Source of the DNA: an uncultured Smithella sp.
GTDB taxonomy: Bacteria; Desulfobacterota; Syntrophia; Syntrophales; Smithellaceae
Direction: 5' to 3'
DNA: 64,000 nucleotides
Assembly: GCA_964539765.1 (NCBI GenBank)
Contig: CAZIJZ010000001.1
Span: 52,248 to 116,247, forward strand
The notes under the pieces were generated by a model. It ran no database searches. It was not told the origin of the DNA and saw nothing but the letters and a program-made list of their open reading frames with translations. The translations under genes and the position numbers were made by a program. Shown here piece after piece: positions 29,710 to 35,646 of this stretch; within the stretch, counting starts at the first letter, position 1, and each line of letters starts with the position of its first letter.

Positions 29710-29869
29710 CTTCTTCTCCTTGATATTGATGTGCTTATTTAACCAAGTTTTGAAAAAATGACAATCGTTTATTTTTTGATGATACGGGCATTAATGTGTA
29801 GCTTGAGGGGCGCGGAGACAGTAAGAGATGCTTGCTGGTGTAGCGTCCCTCTCAAAGCGTTTGTTAGCG

Positions 29870-30322
29870 TTATTTACCGAAGACTTCATCCATAACCCGA
29901 AAAAACGTCAGTTCTCTGGGTTTGTTGATGTTGTCGAACATTGCCTGAATATCAATTTTCCCAGGAGGATACTCAGTAATCTTGATTCGTTTCTTTGTTG
30001 CGGCTTCTTCAAACACCGGTTCTCCGCCTTCTACTTTCCAGCCAGGGTCAATTGACTCAATTTGTTGGATGAGGAGAGGCGTTACATCTTCTCCATCTGG
30101 GGTGAAATGCTCAGGCCCCAGCTTTATGGTTTGGTGTTTTTGGTTGAAATTCAGATAAAGGCTCCAGGGCTCGACTGGCCGTCCGCCATCTGCAAAGTAC
30201 CCCATCACATAACCAATCATTCGCATGACAGAGTGTTCATGCATGGCGTAGGCCAGTTGATTTCCGTTCTGGACAATGTACAGGCTCCAGCGGAAACCGA
30301 GCAAATTATTGAGAAAACCCAT
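29870..30322 (-). CDS. Hypothetical protein (150 aa), downstream partner of the HEPN-like gene
   Basis: GGAGG RBS at 30329-30333. No recognisable motif. Confidence 0.5.
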   Translation of the reverse strand: MGFLNNLLGFRWSLYIVQNGNQLAYAMHEHSVMRMIGYVMGYFADGGRPVEPWSLYLNFNQKHQTIKLGPEHFTPDGEDVTPLLIQQIESIDPGWKVEGGEPVFEEAATKKRIKITEYPPGKIDIQAMFDNINKPRELTFFRVMDEVFGK

Positions 30323-30391
30323 ATACTACCTCCGTAACGCTAACGTTATGTGCAGATCACGATAGATTTCTGCATTAATTTTTCCATATGG

Positions 30392-31045
30392 CTACCACTC
30401 ATCTTCCCATTTTGGCCGACCTTTATAATTGCATTTCCAGCCGCTGCAGATTCTAAAGCCATCATGAAGATGCATTCCCATTTTTGTTACCACTGCGGGA
30501 AATAGGTTTTCAATGATTGTTGAAGCTACACCCAAAGCCAAGTGAGCTTTTTCGTCAGATGCTATTTCGGCCCTGTGCAGTACTAAGTTTCTTTGCTTTT
30601 GTACCTCTTTTATTTCTTGCCAAACAGGTTTGCTAGAGCCCAATCTTAGGTAAGTATCCAGATTAACCCCACCATGCTGTTGAAGTATTTGCAAAAGCAA
30701 CTCTCTATATTTGTCCATACTCGAATATGATATTGCCAAGTCGGTTATTAAAGTTGCAACAGGTGTAGCATGAACCAGACCGAAAACAATCGGTTTTAGA
30801 AGCGTTTCCTTTAGTCCAACTTCCATAGCGATAGCAGCATAAATAAGGCCCGCAGTAGCATTTATTCCTATTAATTTTCGTGCTTCGATGAGGGCGTTGA
30901 AAGCTGGTTCTGCGAGAAGACGATTCTCATTGTAATAGGACTTTAGTCGCTCGTCAGTAAATTCTTCTATTGCCTCCTGTTTATGTTCTTCATAAAGTTG
31001 CGCCATATACTCTTCATATGCAGCGTCTTCTGGCGTCATCGACAT
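30392..31045 (-). CDS. Hypothetical helical protein with HEPN-like R-N-x3-H motif (candidate RNase/toxin)
   Basis: 217 aa. QKQRNLVLHRAE (R152..H157, codons 30592-30575), GGAG RBS, Cys/Trp/Lys-rich tail. Confidence 0.45.
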   Translation of the reverse strand: MSMTPEDAAYEEYMAQLYEEHKQEAIEEFTDERLKSYYNENRLLAEPAFNALIEARKLIGINATAGLIYAAIAMEVGLKETLLKPIVFGLVHATPVATLITDLAISYSSMDKYRELLLQILQQHGGVNLDTYLRLGSSKPVWQEIKEVQKQRNLVLHRAEIASDEKAHLALGVASTIIENLFPAVVTKMGMHLHDGFRICSGWKCNYKGRPKWEDEW

Positions 31046-31060
31046 GCAATAATCTCCTGC

Positions 31061-31104
31061 TTTTCACATAACATTGTTTATATGGATCGGTGGTGATGTG
31101 AAAA
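31061..31104 (-). promoter_or_regulatory. 9-bp inverted repeat in the leader of the HEPN-like gene
   Basis: TTTTCACAT (31061-31069) and ATGTGAAAA (31096-31104), 26-nt spacer. It lies immediately upstream of the RBS on the minus strand. Confidence 0.4.
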
Positions 31105-31129
31105 CTTTTAATTTATTTTTAATACGATG

Positions 31130-31463
31130 TCAACAATTCCACTTCGCTTCGTTTTTGTAATTATAGTGTCACTATCCCGCTATGCTACGCTTCGTGGACA
31201 ATTCCATTTGCGCTTCAAATGTCGTTTCATTCATTTTACCACGGCGCTACGCGCCTGGTATAGTTTGCATAACTTCAAACTTCCCTAGCTCAGCCAAGTC
31301 TTTTTGACTTGGCTGTTAATATATAGATATGCTGAGTATATATACGGTCGAGTCAAAAAGACTCGACCAATCTTGCTGGGTTCACTATCCCACTCCGCTT
31401 CGCTTCGGGGACAATTCGACTATCCAATTTCAATGCACTTCGTTTTTGAAATTGGAGTCTGAT
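31130..31463 (-). repeat. Hairpin-repeat cluster E (partial unit 31131-31175, other modules, full unit about 31378-31463)
   Basis: The full unit has stem CCAATTTCA (31424-31432) / TGAAATTGG (31447-31455), GGGGACAATTCGAC and GAGTCTGAT boxes. It overlaps the 3' end of the nitroreductase ORF. Confidence 0.8.
31292..31368. repeat. Inverted doublet of two 23-nt hairpins (REPIN-like)
   Basis: AGCCAAGTC-TTTTT-GACTTGGCT (31292-31314) and GGTCGAGTC-AAAAA-GACTCGACC (31346-31368), flanking an AT-rich 31-nt spacer. Confidence 0.7.
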
Positions 31464-32092
31464 TGAAACTCAATTATTATCTCCTCATAACTATTTCTCC
31501 ATTTTGGCGGGAGAAGAGTTTTGGTTTTGTCAAAATGACCGATGGCCAGTAAACAAGGAATCCAGTATTGGTCGGGAATGTTAAAAGCTCTTCGGACGCC
31601 GTCGATATCAAATCCGTCCATTGGATGTGAATCAAGTCCGGCGTCTTTGGCAGCCAGCATCAGCGACATGGCGAAAAATCCGGCATTCTTGCAGGCAAAC
31701 GCCACTTGGCGTTCTGGCGATATTCCGTAGAGTGAATTTGTCGAGTTGGCAAATCCATCATACTGCTCCTGCTTCGTAGTACCCGCCTTAACCGATTCGG
31801 CAAAGACTTTTTCGAAACCGGAATTACCTTTCTTAAATCCTTCACGATCACCAAGAACAATAAGAACAACAGGTGCATCGGTAATCTTGGGCTGATTCAT
31901 GGCCACTTTTCTCAGCGTTTCTTTTTTCTCCTTATCTCTTAGAACAATGACTTTCCACGGTTGAAGATTAGAGCTTGAAGGTGCCAAAGCTGCGGTCTCA
32001 ATAATTTGTTTAAGCTGCGCGTATGTTACATCTTTGGTGGTGTCAAAGAAATTTACGGCTCGTCTTTGTTGAATAACATCTTTGAACTCCAT
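31430..32092 (-). CDS. Nitroreductase-family protein
   Basis: 220 aa. RRAVNFF...APSSSNLQPW motifs. The last roughly 10 codons and the stop lie inside repeat E. Confidence 0.8.
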   Translation of the reverse strand: MEFKDVIQQRRAVNFFDTTKDVTYAQLKQIIETAALAPSSSNLQPWKVIVLRDKEKKETLRKVAMNQPKITDAPVVLIVLGDREGFKKGNSGFEKVFAESVKAGTTKQEQYDGFANSTNSLYGISPERQVAFACKNAGFFAMSLMLAAKDAGLDSHPMDGFDIDGVRRAFNIPDQYWIPCLLAIGHFDKTKTLLPPKWRNSYEEIIIEFQSDSNFKNEVH

Positions 32093-32272
32093 AATGCACC
32101 TCCATATGCCAAGCCGGATTCATCGGCTAACTTTGTTGTCTGCGTCGTCGGTTTCCTCGACGTATTTTTATATACGCCTGCGGAGCCTCCTCCTTGACGC
32201 CGCGTTATCCTTCGAATGCGACTTGGCATTCATTTTAATTATGTTAAAGTTTATCAAACTCAAAATTATTTT

Positions 32273-33268
32273 TTACTGTTCATGTCCTCTTGTTAAATAG
32301 AACGTGGCTAAGTCGAAAAAGACAGTCATCCGACGCTGAAGCTCGAAGGTCATCAGCAGCTCCAAATTCTTCTGCAGGGCATCCTGCGCCAGCGCGAAGG
32401 TCCAGATGTGCTTGCGGATGAGGCTGAGCGCGCTCAGCGCATCGCTGATTTTGAAGCCGGATTTCTTTCGTTCTTTGCCCAGTTTGGTATAGAAATTCCT
32501 GATTTTGTCAACATCGTGCAAACCTCCGAGCCAGAGGGTCAACTGAGAGAGAATTTTGTCGCAGATGTTATAGAGGACCGCTCGTTCCACATTATGATAT
32601 TCGGCAGTGGAGGGGTTGACTACGACATCTTCCAGCCATTGCTCGATGATTTTCTCTTTATTTTTGATGATAACATTGACCAGACGTCGTGTCAGAGAAT
32701 TTTTTGCGATCGCGGGCGGAAGCGTTTTTTTATCTGTGTGTTCAATTAAATCAAATATCGCCCAGTAATCTTTTCTGCTTTTGATGTAGGCGTCCAATGC
32801 GCGTTTATTGGAGCGGAAGGCGAGGGGCGGAAGTTTGTTTACCGGCCAGAACCTAGCCTGCGAACAATCATCGCCGGCACAAAGTTTACCGCCGGTTTGC
32901 TCCACAATAAAAGTCAGAAAAAGCAGATCGCCGTAAAAGCGGCTTTTATAGGAATCAACATCCAGCAGCTTGACGATTTTCCCCTTGATGCCGGTTTCTT
33001 CCAATAACTCGCGCAGTGCCGCTTCTTCGATGCTTTCACCGGCTTCGGCGAACCCGGTCGGCAGGCACCATAATCCTTTCGATGGCGCCCGGTCGCGTTT
33101 GACCAGCAGGATCTGACGTGATGATTCCAGAATGGAGGAAACCACCGGTAGCGGGTTTTCATAGAAAAAAGAGTTACAATCAGGACAAAAGTCGCGTTGA
33201 ACATTATCCTCATATTTTTTGATGACGATTTCGCCGCAGTATGGACAATGTCTCCTTTGTTTTTTCAT
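32273..33268 (-). CDS. NUDIX hydrolase with N-terminal zinc ribbon and about 170-aa helical C-terminal domain
   Basis: CPYCG...CPDC ribbon and Nudix box GFAEAGESIEEAALRELLEETG. The start is at ATG 33268 (ATGA overlap with the upstream gene). The track ORF extends to 33325. Confidence 0.75.
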   Translation of the reverse strand: MKKQRRHCPYCGEIVIKKYEDNVQRDFCPDCNSFFYENPLPVVSSILESSRQILLVKRDRAPSKGLWCLPTGFAEAGESIEEAALRELLEETGIKGKIVKLLDVDSYKSRFYGDLLFLTFIVEQTGGKLCAGDDCSQARFWPVNKLPPLAFRSNKRALDAYIKSRKDYWAIFDLIEHTDKKTLPPAIAKNSLTRRLVNVIIKNKEKIIEQWLEDVVVNPSTAEYHNVERAVLYNICDKILSQLTLWLGGLHDVDKIRNFYTKLGKERKKSGFKISDALSALSLIRKHIWTFALAQDALQKNLELLMTFELQRRMTVFFDLATFYLTRGHEQ

Positions 33269-34125
33269 TTCCAATCCTCTGATTTTACGGGAAGGGAACA
33301 GATGAAAATTCTGTCGTCCTTGCACATGGTGACAAAGCTCTTCCTGATGGCCAGGTCTTTTAATTCTTCATAAAGCTGATGAATGATTGTTTTATCGCTC
33401 GCATTGCCTCCGGTCAGAAAAAACGACTTTTTAAACTGGAAATAATTCATGAAGTGTTCAATTTCCTGAGGTTGAAAGACAAGCGTGTTTTTAAAATCAA
33501 CCGCTTCTATCCGGTTGAAAAATGGTTTGAGAAGATTATCGCCGTTTTCCGCGGAGAACTGGTCGAATATAATTTCTATCGGCAGGGATTGACTGTTTTC
33601 AAGGGAATTGTTTTGCCTGAGGATTCTTTTCACCAGTGCAACCATTTCCCGCATGTCCCGGTTGGAGTGGGTGATGGTGATAAACAAACCGTCTTGCCTC
33701 AGCACGCGTGCGATCTCCGGGACGATCTCGGGGAAAAAATATAAAGCGTAGCTGCAGATGATCAGGTCCAGAGAGCCGGAGTGATATTTTTTAATTTTCT
33801 CAATCCCTGACGACGAAAATGATCCCTCATAACCGGAACGGCGACTGGCTTCCAGAAAAAACGGTTTGTATTCGGGAATAATATCAACGCCGGTTATTTT
33901 TGCATTCGGGTGTAATTTGTTCTGCAGGGCCTCGGTAAAAGCACCGAACGCGCAGCCCAGTTCCAAAACGCTTCGGCACTGGGACAGGTCTATCCTGTTC
34001 AGGGCGGCTTTTCGGATATCTTCTTTGTTGGTGGAAAAACGCCTGATTAATTGCGCGATGGCCAGATGTTTCTGGACGTCACGGAAAACTTTGCGAATCT
34101 TTTTTTTATCGAGGACTTCCGCCAT
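33265..34125 (-). CDS. Class I SAM-dependent methyltransferase
   Basis: 286 aa. VLELGCAFGAF motif I and a DLIICSYALYF region. Confidence 0.7.
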   Translation of the reverse strand: MAEVLDKKKIRKVFRDVQKHLAIAQLIRRFSTNKEDIRKAALNRIDLSQCRSVLELGCAFGAFTEALQNKLHPNAKITGVDIIPEYKPFFLEASRRSGYEGSFSSSGIEKIKKYHSGSLDLIICSYALYFFPEIVPEIARVLRQDGLFITITHSNRDMREMVALVKRILRQNNSLENSQSLPIEIIFDQFSAENGDNLLKPFFNRIEAVDFKNTLVFQPQEIEHFMNYFQFKKSFFLTGGNASDKTIIHQLYEELKDLAIRKSFVTMCKDDRIFICSLPVKSEDWK

Positions 34126-34152
34126 ACGAATTCCTGTATTAAAATAAAGACC

Positions 34153-34596
34153 TTAGCTATTTTCCGCATTCATGATTTTTGCCACTCTTCTTGAATGCCT
34201 GTCTCCCGCGAATTTTGTTTCCATGAATTTTTCAATGATTTTTGTGACCGGTACAGCGTATTGCACTCGTCCGCCCAAGGCGATGAAATTGGCATCATTG
34301 TGCGCTTTGGCCATTTCGGCAGTAAAGAGGTCATGAATCAGGGCGCACCGGATACCTTTAATCTTATTGGCGGTGATGGATACGCCGATGCCGGTGCCGC
34401 AGAGCAAAATGCCGAAATCATATCCGCCTTTTTTAAATTCATTGCAGGCGAGCACGGCAATATCGGGATAATCTACAGGGGCTTCACTGGCCACTCCCAT
34501 GTCCTTTATGTCGCAGTTTTTTGTTTTCAAGAACGAAATGATTTCAGCCTTTAAATTTACCGCGCCATGATCGGAAGCAATAATGATTCTTTGCAT
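34153..34596 (-). CDS. rpiB: Ribose-5-phosphate isomerase B
   Basis: 147 aa. IASDHGA, LCGTGIG and RHSRR motifs. Confidence 0.9.
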   Translation of the reverse strand: MQRIIIASDHGAVNLKAEIISFLKTKNCDIKDMGVASEAPVDYPDIAVLACNEFKKGGYDFGILLCGTGIGVSITANKIKGIRCALIHDLFTAEMAKAHNDANFIALGGRVQYAVPVTKIIEKFMETKFAGDRHSRRVAKIMNAENS

Positions 34597-34709
34597 TGAA
34601 AGTCCTTGTTGCGAAATTATTATGGGTACTGTTTCTTATTTTTACGATATTATGAAATAAGTCAATAAAAAATCTTTGCGTCAGAGACATATTTAAGTTA
34701 AAAAGTCTC

Positions 34710-35600
34710 ATGCAGAGATTACTGGTAAAATATTTTGATTATCTTCTGATCGAACGCGGGATGGCTCAAAATACGCTGGAATCTTACGGACGGGATTTAC
34801 GCCGGTATATTTTCTTCATCGAGGAAGACAAAAAAATAAATGATATAAATAAAATCACGCCGGAAGTGATTGTCGAATATCTGAGCAGAATCCGGGATGA
34901 AGGTCTGGCGGCAAATTCGATGAACAGGTCGCTGGCCGCTTTAAGAGGGTTTTATAAATATCTTCTGCGGGAAAAAATATTAACGGAGAATCCGTTGGCT
35001 AACATTGAGCTGGCCAAAGTATGGATGAAACTGCCGGAAACGATCAGCAAGGAGGAAATGAAGATCATCCTGGCCCAGCCCGGAAATCAGAGTAATGCCG
35101 ATATCCGCAACGCCGCCATGCTGGAACTTTTGTATGCGACGGGAATTCGTGTGTCGGAATTAATCAACCTGACCATGAACAGCATGAACTGGCAGGTGGG
35201 ATTTTTGATTGTCATGGGGAAGGGCAGCAAAGAAAGAATTGTTCCGATCGGCAAAATAGCTTACGATTGCACGCGACGTTATGTTGATGAGATCAGACCC
35301 CGGTTAATGCAGAAAAAGAGGACGGACGTTTTGTTTTTGAACCGCTTTGGGAAAAAGTTTACCCGACAGGGTTTCTGGAAGATCGTTGCCGGTTATGCCA
35401 AAAAAGCCGGATTGCAAAAGAAAGTTTATCCGCATACATTCCGGCATTCCTTTGCTTCGCATCTGCTGGAGGGCGGCGCGGATTTACGCACCGTGCAGGT
35501 CATGCTGGGCCATTCGGATATTTCGACAACGCAAATCTATACTCACATTACGAGGGAAAGATTAAAGGAAGTTCACCGCAAATATCATCCGCGCAGTTGA
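34710..35600 (+). CDS. xerD: Tyrosine recombinase XerD/XerC (chromosome dimer resolution)
   Basis: 296 aa. LSxNTLESYGRDL N-terminus, and HTFRHSFASHLL...LGHSDISTTQIYTH catalytic region. Confidence 0.8.
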   Translation: MQRLLVKYFDYLLIERGMAQNTLESYGRDLRRYIFFIEEDKKINDINKITPEVIVEYLSRIRDEGLAANSMNRSLAALRGFYKYLLREKILTENPLANIELAKVWMKLPETISKEEMKIILAQPGNQSNADIRNAAMLELLYATGIRVSELINLTMNSMNWQVGFLIVMGKGSKERIVPIGKIAYDCTRRYVDEIRPRLMQKKRTDVLFLNRFGKKFTRQGFWKIVAGYAKKAGLQKKVYPHTFRHSFASHLLEGGADLRTVQVMLGHSDISTTQIYTHITRERLKEVHRKYHPRS

Positions 35601-35646
35601 GTTGAAAATATCAAACGCGATTTTGAAAAAGAAGATTATTCAATAA

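Noticed and set aside
28811-32272. Integron-like cassette array (CALIN): small same-strand ORFs separated by structured repeats, with GTTAGCG/CGCTAAC resembling attC core and inverse-core sites.
   Set aside because: There is no intI integrase. GTTAGCG does not fit GTTRRRY and CGCTAAC does not fit RYYYAAC. I could not find paired R''/L''-L'/R' imperfect inverted repeats after the ORFs. The recurring repeat unit has a different architecture from attC.
34710-35600. Tyrosine recombinase considered as a marker of a prophage or integrative element bordering the island.
   Set aside because: The sequence is a typical full-length XerD/XerC (LSxNTLxSYxRDL N-terminus, conserved RHRY region). It sits among housekeeping genes with no tRNA, att-like direct repeats or phage genes nearby.
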